From assembly GCF_001194135.2 (NCBI RefSeq), contig NC_068983.1, positions 95,121,967 to 95,174,767 of the forward strand: a DNA stretch of 52,801 nt. Direction: 5' to 3'. Numbering within the stretch: position 1 is the stretch's first letter; every line of letters begins with the position of its first letter. Under the pieces are notes generated by a model that had not been told where the DNA came from, ran no database searches, and saw nothing but the letters and a program-made list of their open reading frames with translations. The DNA is from Octopus bimaculoides. Its lineage: Eukaryota. Both the position numbers and the translations under genes were made by a program. Of the stretch, positions 10,324 through 21,805 are shown piece by piece.

Positions 10324-11474
10324 CTGGAAATAGATATTAATCAGATGCATTAATAAATTAACATTAAAATTTGTTTCGCCGTTGTTACAATCATCTGAAA
10401 CGGAACAATCAAAGCGCGATATTCGAGTAATTTTGCTATTCAACTTCAAAAAAGGACGTAAACAGCTGGAACTGATCGCAATATCAACGAAACGTTTGAT
10501 GAGGAAATGACCAGTGAATGGTCAGCTCAAAAATGGTTTAAAGGATTTCGCATTGGAGACCTGAGCCTTGAAGATCGTGACCTGAGCCTTGAAGATCTGT
10601 CATCGATGATGGTCAATTAAAGACCGTCATTGAAAAAAAATCCACATAAAACCACTCGAGAACTGGCAAAAGAAGTTAGCTAGAAATTGTCTGTAACCAT
10701 TTGTATGCGATCGGAAAATCAAAAAAGCTTGATAAATGGGTACCACACGATTTGAATGAAAATATGAAAATCAGAAAATGTGCAGATATGAAATTTGACC
10801 GCTGCATCTTCTCCATAAGCAGACCGATCCATTTCTCGACGGTGTCATAGTTTGGATTTTTTACAATAATAAAAAACGTTCTTCGCACTTGTTGGACTAG
10901 AATGAAGCATCGGAAACCTCCCCTAAACCTGAGCTCTTCAAAAAGAAGGTTATGGTGACTGTTTGGTGGTGTACTGCTGGACTCATCCACTATAACTTCT
11001 TAAAACTCGAAAAACCATTACTGCAGAAACATATTGCCATGAAATTGTCAAAATGAACGAAAAACTGCTACTCTTCTATCCCAGACTGTTCAACAAAAGA
11101 CGGCCAGTCATTCTCCATGACAATGCTCGACCACACGTTTCACTAATGATGCTCCAGATGATGTCTACGAAGCTTTCCCCCCTCCACCAGCTTAATCCCC
11201 AGACTTTTCTCCTACCGACTACCACTTTTTCAAGTACCTTGATGATTTCCTGCGAAAGAAAGTGTTCAAAAATCAAGCCGATGCTGAAAGTGCTTTCAAA
11301 GAGTTCATCAGCTCCAGATTTTTATGTTATCGGAATAAACAAACTTGTAACTCGTTGACAAAAATGTGTTGATTGTAATGGTAATTACTTTGATGAACAA
11401 AATTTCCGCATTGCTGAAATATATTAGGATGAATTTCATGTTTCAAAACGTTGCTTACGTTTTACTCAGCCTGA
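10324..11474 (+). mobile_element. mariner (DD34D, Hsmar1-like) transposon; left end lost in the gap
   Basis: Reads IRVILLFNFKKG..KWFKGFRIGDLSLED, KKLDKWVPH, KKVMVTVWW, ILHDNARPH, SPDFSPTDYHFF, QKCVDCNGNYFD. Right TIR (reverse complement TCAGGCTGAGTAAAACGTAAGCAACGTTTT) is followed by TA at 11475-11476. Confidence 0.92.
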
Positions 11475-11559
11475 TAATTTACAATTTGTTATTTTTTTTT
11501 GTCATGAAAAACAACAAAATCTCAGGAAACAGCGAATTTTTTCGGTTCCTTGAAAAGCT

Positions 11560-12120
11560 AGGCAAAAATGAGTGGTTAGGTGATGTTACCTCTTTCAAGC
11601 CATTGGTTGAACAAATGTTTGCCCTAGCTTGAGTTTTATGGTATAAATCAAAAGTTTTGATCAATATTTTCTACTTAAGTAAGGAAAACTTAATAAATTT
11701 ACTAAAGTACTACTTATGATTACATAACGCTGGAATCCATTATATGAAAGTATAGCGATAATATTCAATGAATTTCTACAAAGACTACTGTCAAGGTCTA
11801 ACTGATTAAAGGGATGGAAACCAATATCGATATTAAAATAAAAATACCAAACATGCCCGAGCTTACCGGCTGATAACATAATCAACTAACATAGCTCATC
11901 AAGAAATAATAGTATCTTATGAAAGTGACATTAACGGTGTCAGAAGAGGTAAAGAACAGCTATTGTTAGGTCAAACAATTATTGAAGTTAGTCGGAAAGA
12001 AATGTTATGAATTGATTATAGAAAAGATTTCAGTACCATACAACGAGTCTAGATAAGGGAGACGGTATTAATGCAATATATTAACCGAGAAAATGTAGAG
12101 TAAAAAAGCTGTCTTACAAT
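11560..12120 (+). mobile_element. decayed R4/Dong-like LINE RT fragment
   Basis: GVRRGKEQLLLGQTII..ML*IDYRKDFS resembles the R4 RT motif GxKxQLLI..WIDYxKAFD. Confidence 0.55.
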
Positions 12121-12125
12121 TTATC

Positions 12126-12522
12126 CTTTTCTACTCGAGGCACAAGGCCCGAAAATTTGGGGGAGGGGCCAGTCGATTAGATTGACTCCAGTACGCAACT
12201 GGTACTTAATTTATCGACCCCGAAAGGATAAAAGGCAAAGTCTACCACAGCGGAAGTTGAACTCTGAACGTAAAGATAGACGAAATACCTATTTCTTTAC
12301 TGCCCACAAGGGGTTATACACAGAGGGGACAAACAAGAACAGACAAACAGATTAAGTCGATTATATCGACCCCAGTGCGTAACTGGTACTTATTTAATCA
12401 ACCCCGAAAGGATGAAAGGCAAAGTCGACCCTAGCGGAATTTGAACTCAGAACGCAGTGGCAGACGAAATACCGCTAAGCATTTCGCCCGGCGTGCTAAC
12501 GTTTCTGCCAGCTCGCCGCCTT
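12126..12522 (-). mobile_element. composite SINE-B: full unit with Tx1-like tail, then a 5'-truncated unit with AGTAGAAAAG tail
   Basis: Two copies of GATAAATTAAGTACCAGTT..TGGGGTCGA separated by TTTGTCCCCTCTGTGTATAACCCCTTGTGGGCAGTAAAGAAATA. Confidence 0.9.
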
Positions 12523-12819
12523 AGGAGACAATTTATCTGTGGGCCAGAGGTTAAGTGCATTGATGACAAACTCCACGACAACAGTTTTTTTTTTTTTTAT
12601 ATGCGGTCTAGAATTCTCTTATGTGTGCCATTATACGTAGCATCATCTGTGATGTGGAAACAGTATTCCATTGAAGGTCTCGCTTGAGTTTGGAAGGCAG
12701 TTTTTGCTAATGATGACTATTTAAGTAAGGCATTAGCTTACCAGAAAAATATTACTACTTTTAGCTTAATTTCATTTATGCATTGCCAACGTTCGCATTA
12801 ACCTCTGGTTAGACACATG

Positions 12820-13920
12820 TAAACTCATTAACAGAGCAGAAGTCAAATCATCATCTTAGAAAAACATTCAGGGCAAAATAAAGAAGAAAATCAATACAGA
12901 TAAAAACCGCATAATTCGGCCAAAATTTAGGGAACATTAGAGTTTGCAAATTTCAGAAAAAATGATCTGCTATCCGATCAACACAATAACAATTTAAATG
13001 CTCTAAGTCCTCCTTACGTTTCTATACAATGCGCAGGACGCTCACAAAATAAAAATATAATACATAGGGAGAAAATAATACTAATCTAGGAGTAACTTTG
13101 AACTCCAAAAGACTAATTTCGAAAATACACATTTAAAACAAAAATACAAAGGATTAAAACAAATAAAGCACTAAGAAAAGATAACGAAAATACAAACAGC
13201 GAATTACAAAGCTATACAAATTGCAAACAAAATAAACAAGAGAGACAACAAACAGAATATTTACCAATAAAATCCGAAATAGCATCAAAGGAAACATAAA
13301 TGCTTGTGAACATGAGAAGATCTAAGTATAGAAAACCAAACTTAGATATATTGAATATGGTTATTAATTCAAAGTTAAAATTAGTCAAAGAACTAAAACC
13401 GATATATCATCCTAAAAGCCAACAAATGTATCCACACCGATAAAACATAAGTGAAATAGAAACTAAAACAAAATTTTAAATACACTGCAATATAAACGAA
13501 CATAGATATTGCCGGAATAATGGAGAAATGAAATAATACTGCACAATGGTAGTTATATCATGGAATGGGTACCGCTTCAAAACTTCTAAAGGAAGATCTA
13601 AAGCTAAATAAACATAAATAAAGAAAAGAAAATAGGTATCTCAGTCCTTATTGAAATTCTCGACGAAAAGACACAAATAAGAAACGTTGCAGAAATCTAA
13701 CGAAAAAGAGAAGAAAAAGCTATCAAGGAAAGTTTAAGATAAAATCTTCGCTAATTCACACAAAATCCTCTCCCAATCTTCAAGAATCCAAAATATTTCT
13801 ATTAACAAAATAAACTGTTCGCCTACAATGTAATACTGTTTTATACAAAACAAGATAGAAATCAACACAGCACCGTCAGCAACAGAAGAATTTTAGTGAG
13901 AAATATAAAACAACGAATTC
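12820..13920 (+). mobile_element. very decayed N-terminal region of an R4/Dong-like LINE
   Basis: A-rich strand; KNDLLSD, QNKLFAYNVILFY and ATEEF*xEI resemble the region upstream of R4-type RT. Confidence 0.4.
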
Positions 13921-13927
13921 TATAATT

Positions 13928-14143
13928 CTTTTACTTGCTTCAACCATTTGACTGTGGCCATGCTGGAGCACCGCCTTGGAGGGTTTTAGTCGAATAAATC
14001 GACCCCAGGACTTATTTTCCAAGACTAGTAATTATTCTATCGTTCTCTATTGCGGAACCGCTAAGTTAGGGGAATATAAACACATCAACTCCGGTTATCA
14101 AGCGGTGATGGGAGGGACAAACACAGCCACAAAGACAAACAAA

Positions 14144-14203
<60 letters not shown>

Positions 14204-14266
14204 CGACAGACTTCTTTCAGTTTCCGTCTACCAAATCCACTCACAAGACTTTAATCGGCCCGAGGC
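13928..14266 (-). mobile_element. SINE-A lacking its head, with internal (CA)n
   Basis: Reverse complement of the body and tail seen at 1700-2060. Confidence 0.88.
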
Positions 14267-14314
14267 AAAGAGAGTGGAAAAACATTGAGAACTTTTGAAA
14301 TTTAACTGGCTGAG

Positions 14315-14345
<31 letters not shown>

Positions 14346-14449
14346 AGAAGAAATGAACATCTTGTATGTACATGGCTAGCCGAAGCTTAAAAAGGCACAA
14401 CTAAACAATGAAAGTTGATATTGATACTGAAGCAAATAGCAAAAGGGGA

Positions 14450-17290
14450 TTTAGAACATTTTGTTCTGTGGTTTAACCCGGCAGGTGTCTCAGGGCACCA
14501 CAGCCTAGAATGGGTCGTCATACTGCAACTGCAAGTAAACTGAGGTTAAGATGCAAGTCTATGAATATAGGATGTTAGAATGTTCGAAAGTTATTAGACA
14601 ATGATTGTTTGAAATCTCATCCGAAGAGATGATCCGCACTTGATGCAAAAGAGTTACAGCGATATGATATGGATGTTGTAGCGTTAGCCGAAACAAGTAT
14701 TCATGGAAAGGGGAATATCGTAGAGAATTCTTCTGGATATCATTTCTTTTGGAGTGGTAGAGAGGGGACCTATAAGAGAGAATCAGGAATGGGGTTTGCA
14801 ACCAAAACCACTCTGGTTTCAAAACTTGAGGAACTACCATGTGGTCGTTCTGATCGTTTGATATGTTTAAGAAAATGTGGCTCTGCAACACTCATAAATG
14901 CATCTGCTCCAACTATAAATTCATCAGAGGATGATAAACTTACCTTCTATCTATCACTTACAGAAATTATACGCATTATCTCCATGATAACAAAGTTGTT
15001 ATTTTAAGTTGGTGCAGATTGGAAGACTTGGGGTGTCCTAGGAAAGCATTAGGTTGGGAGTTCCAATAGTAATGGTTTGCTACTGTTTCAAATGTGCGTA
15101 GAGATGGATTTGTGTGTCATGAATACAATGTTTCAACTAAAGAATAAGTATAAAACGACATGGATGCACCCCGGTTCCAAGAAATGGCATTTTATAGATT
15201 ACATCCTCACCAGGAAACGAGATACTAGGGACTTTGATATTGTGCGAGTGATCGTGGTGCAGAGTGCTGGACTGGCCATAGGCTTTTGCGTGCCAAGGTG
15301 AATTTTGTTGTCAAGCCTAAGGTTAGAGTAAATAAGGACAAGTTACCTAAACGGATTGATGTCAATAAAGTTAAGATTCCGCCAGTACGCAGTGAGTTTG
15401 TGAGTGAGATAAATAATTTGTCCTGTGATGAAAGTTGGAAGTCATTCAAAGAAAGAGTATACGAGGTTTGTAGCAACATTCTTGGCTTTGTTGTAAAAAA
15501 CACCAACATTGGTTTGACGATTATGATGACGACGTTAATCTTATGTAAGAGGAGAAGCGAAAGGCATTTAACATGTTGCAAAATGTTGACATGTCAACGA
15601 ACAGGACAGTGGCTACAGATTTCAAGGCAGTAAAAGCAACAGTGCAGAGGAAGCTACGGATGATGCAGGAAAATTGGTGGAGTGATAGATGTGATGAAAT
15701 CCGAGAAGCTTCAAATGCTAACAATTCCAAACTTTTTACTCTCTCTTGAAAAAGGTTTATGGACCAATTTCATCAAAGGTTGCGCCGCTTCGGAGCAAGG
15801 ATGGCACAGAATTATTAACAAATCCTAAAGATATTGTTGGAAAATGGAAAGAACATTGATGAGTTGCTCAACAGACCCACTGAAGTTGATCTCTCTTTTC
15901 TTGATAATATACCTGAAAGACCAATAAAACATCTTATAGCAGAAGTTCCAAACCTGGCTGAAATAAAAGCAGCAATCAGGAAATTGAACAATGGAAAGGC
16001 CCCTGGTATGGATGGACTAGGTACAGAGATATATAAATATGGTGGTGATCATCTCTGCACAATGTTGACGGATGTGATTCAGATGGTTTGGCATAGTGAA
16101 GAGGTTCCTCCGGATTGGCGTGATGCAACTATGGAGATACTATATAAATCTAAAAGTGGAAAGGATGTCTGTGATAATTATCGCGGCATCTGCCTGTTAG
16201 CTGTTGCTGGAAAGATCCTCTCTAGGGTAATGCTGGACAGATTGCTTCTGCACATTGCTGATGAAGTTCTACCAGAATCGCACTGTGGGTTTAGGGATAG
16301 TAGGAGTACTATGGATATGATATTTTCAACTAGACAGTTGCAAGAGAAGTGCATCGAACAGGATATGAACTTATACCAGTTTTTTATTGACCTAACAAAA
16401 GCGTTTGATTCTATCAATACAATTGCACTTTAGGAGATCCTAAAAAAGCTAGGATGCCCTGAAAAACTTGTGAGAATGCTTAGACAATTTCATAACAAGA
16501 TGGAAGTGAGAGTAAATGTTGGAGGTACCTTATCAAATCCAATTTCTGTAGAGAATGGTGTAAAGCAAGGTGATATTCCTGCTCCTACACTGTTTGCTAT
16601 ATATTTCGCAATAGTCTTTCAAATAGCTTTTAAAGATTGCCCTGAAGGGGTCTATATAAAATATAGGACAACGGGAAAACTGTTCAATCTCAAATGACTC
16701 TATGCCAAAACGAAAGTTCTGCATTCTCACCTCGTTGAGTTCCTGTATGCAAATGATTGTGACCTGTTGGCACATTCCCAGAAAGATATGCAGCACATGC
16801 TGAATGCAATTTCTGCAGCATGTGCAGCATTGGGTCTAACAATCAATCTAAAAAAAAAACTGCTATAATGTACCAGCCCGCTTCTTCCAAGATGTATGTG
16901 GAACCTTTTATAACTGTGAATGATCAGAGGTTGGAGACTGTACCTAGATTTATTTATTTAGGAAGTACCTTGAGCACTGCTGGTCTTGATGATGAAATTT
17001 CATACAGAATCAGCAGGGCTAGTAGTGCTTTTGGTAAGCTTGATAGGTGTCTGTGGAAGCACCATAATATAGCTTCACAAATTAAAGTTAAGATATATAA
17101 CACATGCATCCTCCTATCTTTGTTATATGGAAGTGAGGCATGGGTTGTTTACCGTAGACGTGTATGGCAATTGGAACGATAACATCAATACTGTCTGAGA
17201 AAAATTGGGGGGATAAACTGGAAAATGGCCATTAGTAATGTGGAGGTATTTGAGAGGAGTGGCAGTAGAATTATAGTGTCAATGATTTTA
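14450..17290 (+). mobile_element. near-full-length RTE (BovB-like) LINE with many stops and frameshifts; 3' end missing
   Basis: APE: NIGC*NVR, ELQRYDMDVVALAET, GYHFFWSG, WMHPGSKKWHFIDYI. RT: GKAPGMDG, DNYRGICLL, LPESHCGFR, FIDLTKAFDS, GVKQGD, FLYAND, FIYLGS. Confidence 0.95.
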
Positions 17291-17611
17291 CATATGTATG
17301 TATGTATGTATGTATGTAAGACCAGAAACAGAAGCTATAATAAGAAGTCGGTACATCAAACATGCCTCAAAATAAAAATAAAAAATTAATTGATACAAAC
17401 AGTGTAATTATCAAAACGAAATCGAGTTCGATTCCCGCTGCTAAATATTTACTTTACGATCGTCGCTAACATCTTTAAAAGAAAAAAAAAACATGAATAT
17501 GATACAATCGTAATCTCCCTAGTTTCTAAATATGAGATCTTGTTTTTCTTAGGAAATATTCCTTCATTTCTATCTAACAGCAGCATATGAATGTCCTCAA
17601 TTAATAATGCT

Positions 17612-17795
17612 TTCTACTATAAGCATAAGGCCTGAAATTTTGTAGGTAGTCGATTACATCGACCGCAGTACTTCACTGGCACTTTATTTTATTTGAAGGA
17701 TGAAAGGCAAAGCCGATCTTTGAACTCAGAATGTAAAACCGGAAGACATGCCGTTTTTTCGGGAGCGATAACGATTCTGCTAACTCGCTACCTTA
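17612..17795 (-). mobile_element. SINE-B
   Basis: Reverse-complement match to the SINE-B consensus seen in this window. Confidence 0.8.
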
Positions 17796-18534
17796 TTTAT
17801 TTAGTAGTGTTATCATTCTAATGGCAGAATCTGTTAATGTGCCAAATGTAAAGTAGTATTAGTATTAGTATTAGTAGTAATGGTGATGGTGGTAGTAGTA
17901 GTATGCCATAGTGACCTAAATGATGACACTGGCGTTTGTTAGCTCTTTTGAGCAGGAAAATTCTGTCAGAGAAATTCGAGACACAGCTGTTATAAGAGTT
18001 GTTTTAATTTCGCGCAGCACAATCTTCTGCCCCTATGTGAGCATTTGGAATGATTATATTAATGGAAGTCTTCGCAGTATTTTTGATAAATTATGAGGAA
18101 TTGGTTGAAAAACAACCTCATTTTGCCTTGTATAAAAGCAACTAGGTGAGATGGATCTAAATGTAGAGTAAGAAAAAACCGTTGAGGTTTTGAATATAAC
18201 ATGGATAATTTCGTCAGAATTGTTTTTAGAAAATATCCCGCAAAATCAGTTACAAATTATTCAGAGTGTAAATGATCAAATAAAAGAAATGGAAAAAGCA
18301 GAATTTAGTATCTGTTGTTTGAAAGAGCGGATAGTACAAGGTAAAATCGATTGAAATTGTTGGAGAATTGGCTAAAATATTATAAGTGTTTTAGTTAAAA
18401 GAAGTAGATAAATGGTCGAAGAAATACCTATAAATATACAAAATAGATGAAGTGCGTAGATAGTTGTGAACAGTTGAGAAAGTATTTACACAATCGTGAA
18501 CTATTGAGGAAATATTATTTATACAGATGTAAGC

Positions 18535-18667
18535 AGTTGAATACATACACACATACATACATACACACACACATACATACATACATACACACATACATAC
18601 ATACATACACACATACATACATACATACACACATACATACATACACACATACATACATACATACATG
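18535..18667. repeat. (CATA)n/(CA)n microsatellite
   Basis: Direct reading. Confidence 0.95.
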
Positions 18668-18884
18668 TCAGCCAGGTAAATTTCAAAAGTTCTCAAATTG
18701 CCCTCATCTGATTTGCTGTCGGGTACTACAACCAGAAATTAGAATAATGATAATTATAATACTGAAATTGATGATGGCTAACAAAGAGAGTCGTTCTACA
18801 CATTATAACTTTTTCTAACTAAATTTTTATCACCTAATGAAAACAGGATTTTCATGATGTAATCGTTGTCATCGAACTATTCTT

Positions 18885-19020
18885 CAATAGGTATTCTAGG
18901 GTATTCAGCTTCCGATTATAAGGTTGTCAGCTCTATTTCCGGCAGTGCGTTGTGTCTTTGAGCAAGACACTTTCTTTTACGTTACTCCAGTCCACTCAGC
19001 AGGCAAAAATAAGTTGTACC
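18885..19020 (+). mobile_element. partial SINE with tRNA-like head, related to SINE-C
   Basis: GCGTTGTGTCTTTGAGCAAGACACTT..CTCCAGTCCACTCAGC; resembles the head-body junction at 20400-20440. Confidence 0.55.
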
Positions 19021-19021
19021 T

Positions 19022-19208
19022 ATAATTGGGGTAGGGGGGCAGTCAATTAGATCGATTTCAGTATGCAGCTGGTACTTAATTTATCGACTTCGAAAGGATG
19101 AACGGCAAAGACGACCTCGGCGGAATTTGAACTCTGAACGTAAAGACAGACGAAATACCGCTAAGCATTTCACCCGGCGTGCTAACGTTTTTGCTACCTC
19201 GCCGCCTT
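19022..19208 (-). mobile_element. SINE-B
   Basis: Reverse-complement match; low divergence from the 12350-12522 copy. Confidence 0.9.
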
Positions 19209-19318
19209 ACCCGGGACTCTAGTGGAAGACTTATGCCCAAAGTAACATGCAGTGGGACTGAACTCAAGACCACACGATAGAGAAGCAAGCTTCTTAACTA
19301 TACATCCATGCCTGCACA
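19209..19318 (-). mobile_element. SINE-A head, interrupted by the SINE-B copy
   Basis: GCAGTGGGACTGAACTC..AAGCAAGCTTCTTAAC is the reverse complement of the SINE-A head. Confidence 0.75.
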
Positions 19319-19479
19319 TTGTGTGAAATTGAAACAATTTTTAAAATACTAGTGCCTGGAATTGCTCTAATAGTCCGAAGTTTTCTGCCCTAAAAAACTA
19401 ACAAATTGCCTTCATCTGGCTCACTGTCGGATACTACAACTAGAAATTAAAATAATAATTATTATAATATTGAAATTGA

Positions 19480-19685
19480 AGGCGGCGAGCAGGCAAAAAT
19501 GTTAGCATGTCGCTTATAGCGTTTCGCCCGTCTTTACATTTTAAGTTCAAATTCCGTTGAGGTAGATTTTGCCTTTCATTCTTTCGGACTCGATAAAATA
19601 AGTACCAGTTGAGCACTGCGGTCGATATAATCAACCTACCTCATCCTTCTAAATTTCTGGCCTTGTGCCAAAATTTGAAACCATT
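19480..19685 (+). mobile_element. SINE-B
   Basis: Full head through the GGCCTTGTGCCAAAATTTGAAACC tail. Confidence 0.9.
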
Positions 19686-19912
19686 AGAATATATAACTAT
19701 ATCTAATGAAGAGATTATTTATGTTATACCATTATTAGGTACAGCGAACTAGTAATTGCTTCAGCGACCTGTTTTTAAGATTAATTATTCAGTGTACAAT
19801 TCTGTTTATAAAACGAAAATACTGCTTTTTTTCTTTTTCTTCTTTTAATTTTGACATATCCCAAGAATACAGTAGCTTAGTAAATGTTTTCAATAGTCGT
19901 TAGCTGTTAGAG

Positions 19913-20160
19913 TAGTGGCTCTCAACCATTCTTTGCCTATAGATCCCTTCGATTCCTATTTTACTCTATTGGACCTCCGTGTTAGAAAAAAAATCTATTT
20001 ATTGTTATAAATAAATGTTATTAGGAATTGTATAAAACCATTGTTAAAATGTTTTGTGCATTGTAGAATAAATATAAGCAATTTATTGCTCCATAATCTT
20101 TAACAGCAAAATCTTATATGGACCCCCAAAGGTCATATGAGCCCCGGCTGAGAACCACTA
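19913..20160. mobile_element. hAT (Charlie-like) MITE
   Basis: TIRs TAGTGGCTCTCAACC and GGCTGAGAACCACTA (13/15 complementary); 8-bp TSD TGTTAGAG / CATTAGAG; GGACCCC subterminal motifs. Confidence 0.85.
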
Positions 20161-20327
20161 CATTAGAGCGAGGTAAAATGCCTCCTAGCAGGAATTGAAA
20201 TCGTCTCGGGAGGACAGCTTGTAGAATGTTTCTTACTCCAATGCGAGCATCACAAAGTAATAATAAAGTGAGAATAGATAGTAGACTGGTTAGAGGCGAG
20301 TAAAATGCTCGCCTATCACATCTCTTT

Positions 20328-20722
20328 GCGTGGAGGCGCAATGACCCAGTGGTTAGGGCAGCGGACTCGCGGTCATAGGATCGCGGTTTCGATTCCCCGA
20401 CCAGGCGTTGTGAGTGTTTATTGAGCGAAAACACTTAAAGCTCCACGAGACTCCGGCAGGGGATGTTGGCGAATCCTGCTGTACTCTTCCACCACAACTT
20501 TCTTTCACTCTTACTTCCTGTTTCTGTTATGCTTGTAATTCAAAGGGTCAGCCTTGTCACACTGTGTCACGCTGAATATCCCCGAGAACTACGTTAAGGG
20601 TACACGTGTCTGTGGAGTGCTCAGCCACTTGCACGTTAATTTCACGAGCAGGCTGTTCCGTTGATCGGATCAACTGGAACCCTCGACGTCGTAAGCGACG
20701 GAGTGCCAACAACAACAATAAT
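20328..20722 (+). mobile_element. full-length SINE-C with (CAA)n tail and 10-bp TSD
   Basis: A box TGACCCAGTGG, B box GGTTTCGATTCC; TSD ACATCTCTTT at 20318-20327 and 20723-20732. Confidence 0.92.
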
Positions 20723-21261
20723 ACATCTCTTTACAGTCTATTTACACTCTGAGTTCAAATACCTCTTGTAATGCCTATAACATTCATCTTTCTTAGGTAA
20801 TACTAGTTATCTATTCTATTGATTTAATTGTAGCCTTGTGCGAATATTAGTTCTCACTTTTTCCAACACTTTATTTGTCACTTGTTTACATTTTGTATCT
20901 AATTTTATTTTATTAGTGAAATCCTGTATTTTACGGGCCGAGAAAATGGGAAATTGTTACGCTTCATAGTTTTTATTCTGTCCTTGTTCCATGATAATTA
21001 TTTAAATTGACATGTATTTGTGGCTTAGGGATTGAAAAAGCATTGGACATTACTCCTAGATTGTGGAACTTGCATATAACTGACATTTTGAATAAAATTT
21101 GAAAGAAAAGTCATACATTTATAACTCTGACTCAACTGAGGCGAAAATCAAGTGCGATATGTATTCTGCTTCTAATCGAAGCGATAAAAATAAACATTAA
21201 AACGTTCCCCTGAATGACGAAATACATATTAACTTTCGACATTATGATGATAATCATTATC

Positions 21262-21805
21262 ACGCCGGTAAAAAACGCTCAGCAGCATTTGTTCTGGTTT
21301 TACGTTCCGAGTTCAAAATACGCCGAAGTCGACTTTGCCTTTCATCCTTTCTGAATCGATAAAATAAGTACCAGTTCACCACTGAGACTGATGTAATCAA
21401 TTAGTCCCTAGCACCAACATTTCAGACACACTGCCTATAGTAGAAAGAATTATAATAATTTTAGAAAAGCGGTGTGCTTGCAGAATCGTTAGTATGTAGC
21501 AAAAGATGTGTAACGGCATTTCTTCCGTTTTTACGTTCTACGTTCAAATACTGACGTGGTTTAATTTGCCATTCATTCATTCGAGGTCGATAAAATAAGT
21601 ACCAGTTGAGCCCTGGTATGTATTTTATTGACCCTGAAAGGAAGAAAGACAAATTTGACCTCGGCTCTTTATGTTATGAATTCAAACACTACCGGTGTCA
21701 ATTTTATCTTCCATCCTTTCGGGTTCAATAAAATCAATACCAGTTGAACATTCGGGTCAATGTGATCAACTTAAAAATTTGTTGGCCTTGTGCCAAAACT
21801 TGAAA
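21262..21805 (+). mobile_element. three tandem SINE-B copies or fragments
   Basis: GATAAAATAAGTACCAG core recurs near 21360, 21590 and 21730. Confidence 0.8.

Noticed and set aside
9556-10449. Long ORFs across N runs (also at 24012, 32860-33826, 36376, 50514-51318)
   Set aside because: Artefacts of undefined bases and microsatellites.
10324-11474. SETMAR or another domesticated mariner gene
   Set aside because: No SET domain, multiple frameshifts and stops, and a TIR is retained.
16740-16765. YAND in place of YADD as a novel RT active site
   Set aside because: The copy carries many stops and frameshifts, so a single GAT-to-AAT decay is the simpler explanation.
20328-20410. tRNA gene (also the heads at 1623, 5124, 9372, 50520, 52581)
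   Set aside because: A/B boxes are present but there is no complete cloverleaf. Each head continues into a repeated SINE body, some with TSDs.
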